A model generated the notes under the pieces. That model was given only the letters and a program-made list of their open reading frames with translations. It ran no database searches and had not been told where the DNA came from. A stretch of 64,000 bases of DNA. Source: Antechinus flavipes (taxonomy: Eukaryota). Position 1 is the stretch's first letter. Each line of letters starts with the position of its first letter. Positions 1-12,242 of the stretch are shown piece by piece. The DNA lies in NCBI RefSeq assembly GCF_016432865.1, contig NC_067398.1:444106001-444170000 (forward strand). The letters run 5' to 3'. The translations under genes and the position numbers were made by a program.

Positions 1-120
1 AAATCATTTACAAAATAATACAAAGGGATTTCTAGAGGAAAAGAATGTTATTAACTGAGGGGAACCAGAAAGTCTTTGTGTAGGTGGTGACTTATAGTTT
101 CTGTTTTGAAGTAGTTCAAG

Positions 121-293
121 TGTTAGAATTGCACTCAGGAAAACTTAGGTTTGAATCTTAGCTCAGTTACTTATTCCCTATATGGTCTTGAGAAAATCAC
201 TTAACCTTTGAGAAACACAATTTCCTCATCTATATAGTTAGTGGATTCAATGATCTCTGGAGTGCTTTCTAGTTCTAAATTCATGATCCTGTA
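121..293 (+). mobile_element. MIR/MIR3-like CORE-SINE, old
   Basis: Core motif aatcacttaacc...tttcctcatctata plus MIR3-type tail ttctagttctaaattcatgatcct. Confidence 0.6.
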
Positions 294-936
294 TGGGGGA
301 GGAGAGTAATTTCCATATGTGGGGAATCACTTGCACAAAGACATAAGAGGTAGGAGATGGTATGTCATGTATAAGATAATAAATATGAAAGAATTTTATA
401 AACTGTAAAATACTATGCAAATGTATGGTATTATTAATAAACAAATTCACATTTGCTGTGATGACCTCTGCTTATGATAAATATTTTTTCAACTCTTACA
501 GTAGCTCATTTTTCTCTGACAAAATAAAAAGTCAATAAGATGAGAAAGGATGTTCAAGATTGGTGACTGTATGTATATCACGAAAAACAAATTAGTTAGC
601 ATGAGGAATTTCTTTGCCATTTCATTTAAGTTATGTGTGATCCATGCAGTTTATATAAATTGATGGGAGTAAAAGATAAATAAGGAAGGATAGGATACTA
701 TTGCATAATGTATTAAAAGCAAAGGCGTGACAACTTATTTTAAATAAGTACAGTAAACTGAAGACTTTTTTTTAAATATAGTGTAGTACATAAACTGAGT
801 CTTTAATGACCATTAAAGAAAATTATTGAGCAGAAACTTGTGACTTTGTATTGTATACCGAAATATCTATTCTCTCAACTTTTTTGGCCATAATACCATG
901 AATGAAATAGATAAAATGAAGTCTACTGGAGTGAAA

Positions 937-1165
937 GGGCAACTAGGTGTCACAAAGGGTAGCGTGCTAGAGTTGGAATCAGTAAGACCTGAATTCAAAT
1001 TTGATTTCAGATACTTTTTAGCTGTGTGACCCTGGACAAGTCACTTTTTTGCCTCAGTTCCTTATCTGTAAAATGAGAAAAAAAAATGGCAAATCATTCT
1101 AATATCTCTGTCAAGAAAGTTCCAAATAGGGTCCCAAAGAGTCAGACAAAAAGACTGAAAAACAA
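937..1165 (+). mobile_element. MAR1-type CORE-SINE
   Basis: tRNA-like head gggcaactaggtg, core gctgtgtgaccctggacaagtcac, RTE/BovB-like tail atggcaaatcattctaatatctctgtcaagaaa...aagagtcagaca. Confidence 0.8.
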
Positions 1166-1339
1166 ATGGAGTAAATGAAAAGCAATATTTTGGAATAGAC
1201 AGCCCTAGGTTCTAACTCTGTTGCTTAGAACTTAGGTAAATCTTTAGTCTTTCTGTACATGTGTTTTTTTCATCCATAAAACAGAAAAATGAGGGTGATA
1301 GTGACAATGACCTCTAAAGTCCCTTCTGCTCTATCAAGG

Positions 1340-1640
1340 CAAAGCAACTAACTTTTATCAAGTTTATTACTACTGGCATGACTAAACACTGGGAATACAA
1401 ATACAAAAACAAAAAGAAAGAGTCTCGTCCCCCAAAAAACTTAGAATAGAGGAAGATAACTCACAAAGAAGAATGGAAGGTAGAGTGAGAAGATAGATTG
1501 TCCCACTAAAATCTGGAAAAGTCCTAAGCACAGCAAAGAGGAGAAAAACAATTGGTCTAGTGCCTTAAAATGGTGGCACTAGAGTAACTTGCTTAAGGGA
1601 GAAAGATGTTGACTTGGCAAAGGGATGTTAAAGGGTGAAG
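1340..1640 (-). mobile_element. L2 LINE 3' fragment, old
   Basis: tactggcatgactaaacactgggaatacaaatacaaaaac resembles the reverse complement of the L2 3' end. Confidence 0.45.
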
Positions 1641-1648
1641 AGACCCCA

Positions 1649-1870
1649 AGTTGTGTCTAACTCCTCATGATCCCCTTTGAGGTTTTCTTGGCAGAAATAC
1701 TAGAGTGGTTTGCTATTTCCTTCTTCAGTTCATTTTTACAGATAAGGAAACTGAGGCAAACAGAGTTAAATAATTTGCCCAGGGTCACACAGTTAGAAAA
1801 TATCTAAAGTCAGATTTGAACTCAGATGAAACTTTCTGACTTCAGGCCCAACACTCTATCCACTGAGTCA
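1649..1870 (-). mobile_element. MAR1-type CORE-SINE
   Basis: ggttttcttggcagaaatactagagtggtttgctatttccttc...acagataaggaaactgaggca...cagatttgaactcag. Confidence 0.8.
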
Positions 1871-1942
1871 TGTAGGTTTAAGTGTAGAGATATTGGTTTA
1901 AAGTATGTTAGAGATAGAAGGGACTCTAGTGATTATCTGGTC

Positions 1943-2093
1943 CAGAGTGAAACAAATTAAAATTTAATTGGGAATGTTTCATGGAATTAAAAAAACAGAT
2001 AATATTAATATATAGTTTTCTAAATCAATAGGTGGTCCATAAAGTTACTTATATATGGTTTGGTGACCATTTTTCTATTTGAGTTTGACACTG
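1943..2093 (-). mobile_element. hAT/Charlie-type MITE inserted in a MIR
   Basis: Right end ttttctatttgagtttgacactg (reverse complement cagtgtcaaactcaaatagaaa). It interrupts MIR3-like sequence. Left end degenerate. Confidence 0.5.
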
Positions 2094-2663
2094 CTTCTCT
2101 GAGCCCATGCTCTCAGTTTGGAAATGGCTAAAATGTTCAAAGCTGTTCACCTCCTTGAAGAGTTGGGACTAAAACCCAGATCTTTTCATTTCCTGTTCAC
2201 TATCTATATTAAATATTCATTTGATGATTCAAGTTAACAGGAGAGCACACTTTATTTTAGAAACATATTTAGTTTCTTGTCATGAGAACTTTTCCATAAC
2301 ATTCTCTTTCACCCCCAAAGAGACTAAAGGACTAATGAGTATAAGTAATTCCTCTAAAGCAATAGACCCACTTTACAAAAGTAGAAATTAAGATAGAAGA
2401 GAATAAAGATAGATCTATGGAGCTGCTTTCTTGCTTGAAATTCTTATACACAAAAGTACTCTGGAGCTATCCCATTAACTCTAAGTGTTAAACTTTAACT
2501 TGTCTTCAGTTTCTTGACTCATGATGCTTTTACTTTACTATTATTCCTGAACCCTTCCACACAGCATACTACACTAAAAGAAAAAGTACAATTTGTAGAA
2601 AGAAAAGAAGATATGAAGATGAGAATTAAAACCTTTGAATATACATTTCAGTTACTGTAGTGA

Positions 2664-2860
2664 AGAGAGAATATAGAGTAGTGGTCAGAAGCATGAGATT
2701 TGGAATTAAGAGAGATTTGATTTTTCTTGTGCATAAAATGCTGATAATAGTACTTCTAGTATCTATATCACAGGGATGCTGAGAGGATCAAATGAAATAA
2801 TCCCTTTGCGCAAAGTGATGCCTTAAAATTCTATGTAAATATTAATTATTATTATTATTA
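2664..2860 (+). mobile_element. MIR
   Basis: gctgataatagtacttct...cagggatgctgagaggatcaaatgaaataat...aaattctatgtaaatattaattattatt. Confidence 0.6.
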
Positions 2861-3042
2861 TTGTTATTATTCCTCTTGGTGTTTTGTAGCTTCATTAACC
2901 TGAAAACAATCAAATTTCTGCATATCATTCGACTTCATTATTCATTTTGGTTGCTACTTTTGTAACTTTGTGAAAATCACATTGGCTTCCTCCAATATGG
3001 AATATTATCAGATGTAGAATTTAGTGAGATAAGAAAGTTAAT

Positions 3043-3150
3043 TTGATTATCCCTACCCCTAATAGAATGTAAGTTCTTTGAGGGCAGGAACTGTTTTTCA
3101 TTTCTGTGTATCTTTAGACTCTTGAGCAGGATCTTGTACTTGATGGGTGC
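3043..3150 (+). mobile_element. L2 3' end
   Basis: tagaatgtaagttctttgagggcaggaactgt is a typical L2 3' terminus motif. Confidence 0.55.
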
Positions 3151-3454
3151 TGGTTATATGTGATCACATCCTAGGTGTCATAGAAACAGAAGGTAGTTAA
3201 ATTAGGGAAATGAGTTCACTATCTACTTAGATTAAATGTGCTTATAAAGGAAATAAAGTGAAAATCATCAATGGCAGCAATTGAATTGTATACCTATATT
3301 AATTTTCTGCCATAAGAATTTCTAGCTCATTGCACACTGCAAAAAGCTTTTTTCTAGAGCTTCTGTTATGGTTCAATCATTTCAGTCATGTACAACTTTT
3401 TGTGATACTATTTGGAGTTTCTTGGCAAAGATATTGCAATGCTTTGCCACTTCT

Positions 3455-3600
3455 GTATACAGCTAATTTTACAGATGAGGAAACTGAGGCAAACAACTAG
3501 TTTCATAGCTAGTAAGTGTCTAAGGCTAAATTTGAACTTATATCTTCCTAACTTTGGATCCAGCACACTATCCACTGTGCTACCCAGCTATCCCAAAAGA
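3455..3600 (-). mobile_element. MIR/MAR1-type CORE-SINE
   Basis: ttttacagatgaggaaactgaggcaa...gctagtaagtgtctaaggctaaatttgaact...cactgtgctacccagct. Confidence 0.65.
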
Positions 3601-4239
3601 ATGCATATTTATTTCTTACTATGAAAAACCATTCAATGAAAACCAACTTTATGATACTAGTATAATCCTCCTGGGTCCAAAGGAAATATGCATGAACTCT
3701 AAAAATAAATTCCAGGTCACTCTGGTAATGAAGAATCTATATAGTATAGTGGAGAAAGAGCCAGTCTTAGATCTAGGAAGGCCTGGGTTCCTGTCCTATC
3801 TTTGAAACTATATGACCCTTGGCAATTAACTTCACTGCTGAGAAAGTGTTGACTGTTATTAGAAGGAATTTCTTTATCCAATGATTTTCCATATTGACAA
3901 AATCACAGGTCCAGTCTCCTCTAGTCCCTATCCCATTTGTAATGAGATCAGTTGTGTCATACTGTAGCCTGTAGCTATGGAATAGCCTCCATGAGGAAGA
4001 TTGCTAGTGTTTTATACTGCCAAAATATAGCAAGCAACTTCTATGAGATGGTGAGTGACTCAGGAACTGGCGAATCCATTATTTGATACTGGAAATATGT
4101 CATGCTATCCCCTAAGCCCTCCATTAAAATACTGTTTTGTAAGTATAATATAAGGCCTCTTGAAGGATTAGTACCCGATGCCCTGCCAGGTATGGATCAA
4201 AAGTAAGATGTTACAAATTGAACTGACCATTTCTTTGAA

Positions 4240-4689
4240 CTCACCCTTCTCTTGTCTTTCCAGTCATAATTGATGGTATGAGGATTCTTCCAGTTACCCA
4301 AACTTGAAACCTTTGAGTTATCTTAGATTTTTTTTCTTTCCCTAACTCCCTACAGCTAGAAAATTGCCATTTCAATAGCAAAAGATCACTCATATTTAGC
4401 CCCTCCTTTCATTGCTACCACCTTATCACTAATTCTCGCTTAGTATTAGCTTCTTAATGTCCTTTCTCTATCTCACAAATGTGTTTTTTACATTGCTTCC
4501 CAAATAAATTTTCCCAGTACCAAGATCTGAATATGGCATTCCTTTTCTCAAAGACTTTCTGTGGCTCTTGTCACAAGAAGGCTTTCACAATGGGGCCACA
4601 ACTTTCCAAACCTAATTTCATAGTACTTTTTCACAAGCTTTCACTCAAATTAGATGACTAGCTATGAACAGCTCTTATCCTGCCCTCTC
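4240..4689 (+). mobile_element. L2 fragment, left part, split by an L1
   Basis: Pyrimidine-rich L2 ORF2 3' sequence (ttcttccagttacccaaacttgaaacctttgagttatcttagat) that resumes after 5983. Confidence 0.55.
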
Positions 4690-4705
4690 TCACTTGTTAG
4701 TTTTT

Positions 4706-5967
4706 TTTTAATTTTAAATTTTTATTTAATAATTACTTTATATTGACAGAATCCATGCCAGGGTAATTTTTTTACAACATTATCCCTTGCACTCATTTCT
4801 GTTCCGATTTTTCCCCTCCCTCCCTCCACCCCCTCCCCTAGATGGCAAGCAGTCCTATATATGTTGGATATGTTACAGTATATCCTAGATACAATATATG
4901 TTTGCAGAACCAAACAGTTCTCTTGTTGCACAGGGAGAATTGGATTCAGAAGGTATAAATAACCCGGGAAGAAAAACAAAAATGTAGATAGTTCACATTC
5001 GTTTCCCAGTGTTCTTTCTTTGGGTGTAGCTGCTTCTGTCCGTCATTTATCAATTGAAACTCAGGTCTCTTTGTCAAAGAAATCCACTTCCATCAGAATA
5101 CATCCTCATACAATATCGTTGTTGAAGTGTATAATGATCTCCTGGTTCTGCTCATTTCACTTAGCATCAGTTCATGTAAGTCTCACCAGTCCTCTCTGTA
5201 TTCATCCTGCTGGTCATTTCTTACAGAACAATAATATTCCATAACATTCATATACCACAATTTACCCAGCCATTCTCCAATTGATGGGCATCCATTCATT
5301 TTCCAGTTTCTAGCCACTACAAATAGGGCTGCTACAAACATTTTGGCACATACAGGTCCCTTTCCCTTCTTTAGTATTTCTTTGGGATATAAGCCCAATA
5401 GAAACACTGCTGGGTCAAAGGGTATGCACAATTTGATAACTTTTTGGGCATAATTCCAGATTGCTCTCCAGAATGGTTGGATTCGTTCACAACTCCACCA
5501 ACAATGCATCAGTGTCCCAGTTTTCCCGCATCCCCTCCAACATTCATCATTATTTTTTCCTGTTATCTTAGCCAATCTGACAGGTGTGTAGTGGTATCTC
5601 AGAGTTGTCTTAATTTGCATTTCTCTGATCAATAATGATTTGGAACACTCTTTCATATGAGTGGTAATAGTTTCAATTTCATCCTCTGAAAATTGTCTGT
5701 TCATATCCTTTGACCATTTATCAATTGGAGAATGGCTTGATTTCTTATAAATTTGAGTCAGTTCTCTATATATTTTGGAAATGAGGCCTTTATCAGAACC
5801 TTTAACTGTGAAGATGTTTTCCCAGTTTGTTGCTTCCCTTCTAATCTTGTTTGCATTAGTTTTGTTTGTACAAAGGCTTTTTAATTTGAAGTAATCAAAA
5901 TTTTCTATTTTGTGATCAGTAATGTTCTCTAGTTCATCTTTGGTCACAAATTTCTTTCTCCTCCACA
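4706..5967 (-). mobile_element. Young 5'-truncated L1 (about 1.26 kb) with 16-bp TSD
   Basis: T-rich tail at 4701-4730, 3' UTR and ORF2 end. TSD tcacttgttagttttt at 4690-4705 and 5968-5983. Confidence 0.95.
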
Positions 5968-5971
5968 TCAC
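5183..5971 (-). pseudogene. L1 ORF2p C-terminal fragment (262 aa)
   Basis: LISKIYRELTQI, IREMQIKTTLRYH, CWRGCGKTGTLMHCWWSC (Cys-rich domain), LWYMNVMEYY. Frameshift near the end relative to the copy at 27365-27781. Confidence 0.93.
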
Positions 5972-5983
5972 TTGTTAGTTTTT

Positions 5984-6270
5984 GTCTGGGCCAATCTCTC
6001 TTTACATCTTTTGAAAATCTTTTCTTCTTTCAGTGTCTAGGTCAGTACAAATACTTGAAGCCTTCACTATTCTCCTCAGATAAGGTGGATTCCTCCTTTT
6101 TTCATATTTTATCACTTATTTCTGGATTTATCTTACATACATTTTCCTTTGAATTATAGTTATGATATCAGATTTATTCAATTATTATGTTGTAAACTTC
6201 CTCTACCATGTGACTTTTCATTTGTAGATCTTCAGCTCTTGTATAGTGTCTTGCACATATTACATTTTTA
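5984..6270 (+). mobile_element. L2 fragment, right part
   Basis: Continues the L2 from 4240-4689 to an L2-like 3' end (tgtatagtgtcttgcacatat). Confidence 0.5.
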
Positions 6271-6584
6271 ACATTTTTTTTAATTTAGTGAATAAACTTG
6301 AAGTTTTCTCTATAGTAGAGAGATAGATTATGGTATTATATTATTTACCAAGTTTATTTCACTCAACTTATGTGCAACTGGGTTCACCTTGGCCTCTTAT
6401 TGCCTGAAGAGCAGGTGAGTTACTTTTCAACTCTTTCCTAGGTTTCTCAATTTATCAGTAAGAAAAGATTGCAGGATATCTAAGGTCTTTGCAAATGGTT
6501 CCAATTCCAACTGCATCCTTCCAAATAAATGGATCCCTTCACCTCAGTTCCATTTAGCCACTAACAGCCAGATCAGATTTTTTA

Positions 6585-6766
6585 TTTTCTTCTTTTTTAT
6601 ATTTTTATTAAAGCTTTTCATTTTTCAAAACAGTGGACAATTCTTCAACATTAGCCCTTGCAAACTCCAGTGTTCCATTTTCCCAGCCTTTCCCCACGCC
6701 CTTCCCTAAATGGCAAGCAGTCCAAATTATTTCTACCAATAAACATAGTAGAAATATGTTAAATCC

Positions 6767-6803
<37 letters not shown>

Positions 6804-7047
6804 TTATACAATTATTGTACTGCAAAAAGAAAAAAAGAAGAGAAGCAAAATAAAATGTAAGCAAACAACAACAAAAAGAGTGAAAATGCTATGTTGTGAA
6901 CCACACTCAATTCCCACGTTTCTCCCTCTGGGTGTAGATGTCTTGTTTCATCACTGAACAATTGGAACTGGTTTGAATCATCTCATTGTTGAAGAGAGCA
7001 ACACCATCAGAAATGATCATTGTATAATCTTGTTGCTGTGTATAATG
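6585..7047 (-). mobile_element. L1 3' UTR fragment, older subfamily, with 16-bp TSD
   Basis: ttattaaagcttttcatttttcaaaac 3' end. TSD cagatcagatttttta at 6569-6584 and 7048-7063, a canonical TTTT/AA endonuclease site. Confidence 0.88.
6768..6802. repeat. (CA)n microsatellite
   Basis: Direct reading. Confidence 0.97.
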
Positions 7048-7719
7048 CAGATCAGATTTTTTAAAGCAACATTTACTTTAAAAAGTATAAACATATATCT
7101 ATCTATATGTATGTATATATGTATTAAATTACTCTTTAATATGTAGAGCTTAATAAATTACAGCTTCCTGCTTCCCCCCCATCCCTATCCCTTGATTACT
7201 TTAGTCTTTGGGGAAGAGAAGAGGATTAGATTAATATTTTAGTTAAGTTCCTACAGAGCACAGAACCAGTTCCAAATCCAAAACACTCTTCAGTTTTGAA
7301 TTCCAAACACCCTGGCTTCTCTAAACTTCCTTGTGGCATGAATTTAGTGCACCATCATGTCTGCAATCCTGGTTTCAAGATCACCATTCTTGCAACTTCC
7401 AGAGAGGAATCACTGCTGTCATGTGAAACTGAGAACAAATAACACAGTATAGAAACAAACATCCCTAGGCCCATTTCTCAGACCCAGGGTAAAAGAGGGA
7501 GGAAGAGGTATTCCCATTCCCACTTTGGTTCATTACACCTGTGCTGTACATATTCACCCCCTGGAAGCACAAGCAAGGAGAATGCAGGAAAGAATATGAA
7601 TTAGAAATCAAGTACCTGTCTGAGTCTGATCAGTTTTAAAGATGCCATCTTTCTATGTAAAAACCTATGTGGAGGAGACACAGATTTCTCCATATCAGAT
7701 AATCCTGAACTATACTTTA

Positions 7720-8022
7720 TTTTTAAATTTTTTTTATTAAAGCTTTTTTTATTTACAAAACATATGCATGAGTAATTTTTCAACATTGACCTTTGCAAAG
7801 CCTTCTGTTCCAAATTATTCCCTCCTTCCCTCTTTCCCCTCCCCTAGATGGCAGGTAATCTAATACATGTTAAATATGTTAAAATATATATTAAATTCAA
7901 TATATGTATACATATTTATATAGTTATCTTGCGGCACAAAAAAAAAACTGAATCAAGAAGGAAGAAAAAAACTGAGAAAAAACAGAATGCAAGGAAACAA
8001 CAGAAAGAATGAGAATGCTATA
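7720..8022 (-). mobile_element. L1 3' UTR fragment
   Basis: Same 3' end family as 6585-7047. Degenerate TSD ctgaactatactttatt / ctgaaccaccctttatt. Confidence 0.8.
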
Positions 8023-8074
8023 TGGTTCTGAACCACCCTTTATTACAGAATAGTATCCTAATAGCCAGCTGTAA

Positions 8075-8480
8075 AGCTAGTCCTGGGAGCATCTGTTGTT
8101 ATCTATAGCCCTAAAATAATCTCCGTTACAGTGTATCTGACAAATAGACACCCACTTTCTTCTTGAAGATCACCAATGAGGGAGATTCCATTATGTTCAA
8201 GGCATTCCACTTATGTTCAGTTTTAATTCTTAGTAAATTATTCCTGATGTAGAATTTAAAGTATTCTCTTTATAATTTTTCATTCTATTATTCCAGGTTC
8301 TTCCTTCTTTGGCCAAAGAGAATACGTCTAATCCTTTTTCCATATGATACTCCTTCAAATATTTGAAGACAGGGCTCATATTTCCTCTGAATCTTCTCTT
8401 CTCTAGGCTACATTTTCCTAGTTTTTTCAACCAATTCTATGGTAGCACAGACTTAAAACCCTTTGTGATATTGTTTACCT
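8075..8480 (-). mobile_element. CR1/L3 LINE 3' fragment
   Basis: ORF 8230-8430 reads LEKRRFRGNMSPVFKYLKE...GLDVFSLAKEGRT, matching the CR1 ORF2 C-terminal motif LEKRRLRGDL..FKYLKG. Confidence 0.82.
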
Positions 8481-8559
8481 TTTTGCTGCTGGTGTCTCTT
8501 AATTCCTGAACATTTTATCCATCTTTAGCATCATCTCTTTTAGTTAGATCATTATATTC

Positions 8560-9000
8560 AAGAAGACCCTAATCATAATGAAATTATGTTATCTGGTAAG
8601 GGTGACCCTTAAATCAATTAGCACTCTTTGTGTAAGCAAAGATTAGGACCTGTAGAAATTGTATCAAAGGACTTGTAAATATTGATGAGGAGGAAAGAGG
8701 GACCTGTTCTGGGAGGCAGGACTAGTAGAGAAGCTCTGGAAGACGCTGGATAGTAGAAGGAGAAGGAAATGAATAACAAAGACATCTACTTGACAATTTT
8801 GCCATGAATAGAGACCAGTCACTTTGTATGACAAGGACTTTAGATGTAAGGGATTGGAGAGTAAGGTCCTCTTGAATTGACCCTCTTATTCTTTGTGCTT
8901 TCCCCCTCTATCAATAATACCAGTGGGAGCCTGAAGGGTTAGTGTGCTTCTGGTGTAGAGGGAGGAGAAGATAATCAGATCCTTTGCCAAGATAAAGACA
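8560..9000 (+). mobile_element. Possible old LTR
   Basis: GA-rich body and 3' part caataataccagtgggagcctgaagggttagtgtgct recall marsupial ERV LTRs. Termini not resolved. Confidence 0.3.
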
Positions 9001-10139
9001 AATCATTTACAGATGGCTATTTACATGTTTTTGTCAGAGCTTTTTAAAAACAACAATAACAAAAACAAAAAGAAAGCTGGAGGAAATCCTCTATTTCCCA
9101 AGCAGCATCAGGATGTGTAAAGCCAGTGAAAAAATGAGTAAAATTGCTTTGACATGAATTTTAGCTCTTTATTGAATAGTGTTGATTGAGGAAAGTTTTG
9201 AAATGCTAAGTGTTGAAAAGTAGGGATTGCTTATAAATGATAATTTATATTTATCACATTAAATAGCTCATATAAATAGCCCATATACCTCTATGAAGGC
9301 TATAATGAAAAGTATATGGTACTTAGAGTCAGGAGATTTGATTTCCACACAATGCAAGTGGAACATAATAAAGACTATGGCAGAGGAGTCTCTTATGTGC
9401 CATTTCTATTGAATTGGTGTCATAGTTGAATCTGGTAGGTCAAGATTTTTTTTTCCCAGTATTTGTTGTGTAACTTATAGATGCATGTTTGAGCAAGACC
9501 TTGGACTGGAAAATTTTGTTTATTTTCTCTGTGTTTCTGATTCTTTTGCAACAAGCTATTATGAATTTGTGTGTTTCCCTGGGTTTCTATGCTATAGAAT
9601 GCAGTTCCAGATAGCTTGTCCTGGTGGCTGTGTTCTTGAGAGAGTAGTTAACTCTGGGCAATTCCATTTTTTGTTATCTGTGGATGAAAATTTGTATTAG
9701 GCAAAATGATCTTAGTTGATGAGATTATGAAAGAGGATGCTCACTTATGAAACTCAGCTTTGGACAGTATCTCCAAAGCCCCCATTCATTCCTAGGAAAT
9801 AATATCAATAGATAAAGCACAAAAAATTTCTGTTGTGGAATTTGTATGAATTACCAGCTTCCTTGAAATTATGAGTTTTTCAAAGTCTTGTGCCATATAA
9901 TCTTGTCACAGGTTTTGTCAAAAAATGAAGGTCTTTATTTTCTGTCTCTTGTTAGTAACCGTTTTGGTAGCTTGCCCATCTGATTCTACAGTGGCTAAAA
10001 TGTTAGAGTTGTCTTGATAATTTAAAACGTGTTTAAAAAGAAAGAATAAATTTAAAGGACTTGAGATTCAAGATAACATACACTATTAGACCACTGTAAT
10101 TGTAATACTCCAGAAAGAATATCTGATATGTATTAAGAG

Positions 10140-10372
10140 TTTACTAATAAATGCTTAATAACCAGTTTTCCAAAAAAAAAAGTAGTCTCAAAACCCTTTT
10201 AATCTATATTACTAACATTTTCTTCCATCACTTTCTTGAGTCTAGAAATCAGCAAAATAATAAGTGAAGCTCAGATTTGTAACATTTGCTAATTTTTGAG
10301 ATGTAATACTCACATTAAAATTTTAAAAATCAGCTTTTAGCAGCTGATACAAGTTGTACAACATTGTGTGTA
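10140..10372 (-). mobile_element. hAT (MER63/Blackjack-like) MITE
   Basis: Approximate reverse complement of 34050-34250, with taaaaatcagcttttagcagctgatacaagttg end. Confidence 0.45.
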
Positions 10373-11609
10373 ATGGATTCTTCTTCCTAATTACCATCTT
10401 TAACAAGAGATTGATAGGATGGTATAGGAAACTTTTATTATATTGAATAAAATAAATGTGATTTTCAAATTGACAGAACTAGAGGGATGGTGAGAGTTGA
10501 GATGTTTAGGAAATTCATGTACTGTTGAGAAAATTTATAATTCATTACCAACATGGGATTATAGGAATATAGATTCAAAAATGGAAGGGACCTCATAAGT
10601 CTAGTTCAATCTTTTATTTTGTCAGATATAGAAATTGAAGATCATTGAGATTAAATAATTTACTCAAGAATACATAAATAGAAAGTAACTAGGCAATACT
10701 TGAACCCATTTTATCTGACTCCAAAATTATTTCTATTGGAGAGAATTACTATAGTCTAATGCTTTTCCAATATGAGAAAGCACATATAATGTCTTTCCCA
10801 AGATTCACTGGCATGGGACTCTTTCCTTATGGGAAGAAGTGAATGTCCTGCCCTGTAAGAGGAGCGCAAGATCTAGCACTCTGTCTCCTTTTGGGAGAAT
10901 TTCTTCACTCTTTTTTGACTGATATATATTTTTCTATTTATACCTTCTCTGATTTTTCTTTTGCTGTGATTTGGATAAATGGATTACTTTGCTATTCACT
11001 ACATGTGTTCATTGTGGAGCTGGTATTGGGAAAGGATTCAAGTTTTGAATATAGAGCTTGGGATCTAGCTTCTCCAGAAATAGTAATGAGAAGATAAATT
11101 AAGTCTAATCATAACTCCTAGACTAATATAAGGGAACGGGCAGATAAAACCTTTAACATGATACACTCTTTCTTTTGAAAAAAGTAGAATGATCTTTAGA
11201 CCTAATTTCTTGCTCCTCTTTCCTTCAGGAATGAAAATCCCCCTTGAAGAAGTTAGGTGTGTCTGTGTGTATGTATGTGTGTGTGTGTATTCTTTTTAAT
11301 ACAAGTACCTACAAAGTCACAAAAGGGCATTCCCTTGCTGCAGATGGGGTGGGACAATCCTTACCACATATGAAATTTAACTATATATGTGAACCCTCTC
11401 TATACTTGGGACCCTCTTTTTCTTATATGTGCTTATAAAAAAACCTCCTCTTCCTTCCCCTTCCCCCAAGATTATGCATCCTCTTTGGCCTTGGCCTTGA
11501 GCATTTCCCTAGAGACAGGAAAAACAGCCACCTACTTGCCAACCAGAGAAGAGAAAGAAGAAGCAAAGCAAAGGCTATGTCATATGTGAGATTTTCCTAA
11601 TGCTTTTGA

Positions 11610-12235
11610 TTTTTTTGTTGTTGAAATATTCTAGTTTCTCCCCAATTATATGTAAAAACATTTTTAACTTTCATTTAGAAAAAACTTTTTTCTCCCTCAC
11701 CTTCCCCCTCCCAGAGAAGGCAAACAATTCTATATAGGATATACATATTTAATCATGCAAAACATATCACATATATGTAATGTTATAAGAGAAGACAGAC
11801 ATAAACGGAAAAAACACATATAAAAATACAGAATGAAAATAGTATACTTTGATCTGCATTCAGATTCCTCTAGATGTTTCTCTGGAAGTGGATAGTATTT
11901 TCATCATGATTCCATTGCAATTGTCTTGGATCATTGCATTTCCGAGAACAGCTAAGTTATTCACAATTGTTCATATAATATTGCTATTGCTGTAAAGATG
12001 CTCTCCTAGTTTTTTTACACTTCACTTTGCATCAGTTTGTATATGTCTTTCCAAGCTGTGAAAATACCCTGCTCATCATTTCTTGTAGCACAATAATATT
12101 CCATTAAAAATTATATAACAACTTGTTCAGTAATTCCTCAATTGATGGGCACTCTCAATTTCCCATTCTTTAACATAACAAAAAGAGTTGCCATAAATAT
12201 TTTTGTATAAATAGGCACTTCTCCCCATTTACCTA
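11610..12235 (-). mobile_element. Old L1, 3' UTR and ORF2 end (left part)
   Basis: L1 3' UTR, then gctcatcatttcttgtagcacaataatattcc. Resumes at about 13670. Confidence 0.82.
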
Positions 12236-12242
12236 TTTTTTT

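Noticed and set aside
5020-5635. + strand ORFs within L1 (same peptides at 27288 and 27716)
   Set aside because: Antisense frames of L1, recurring only because the copies are homologous
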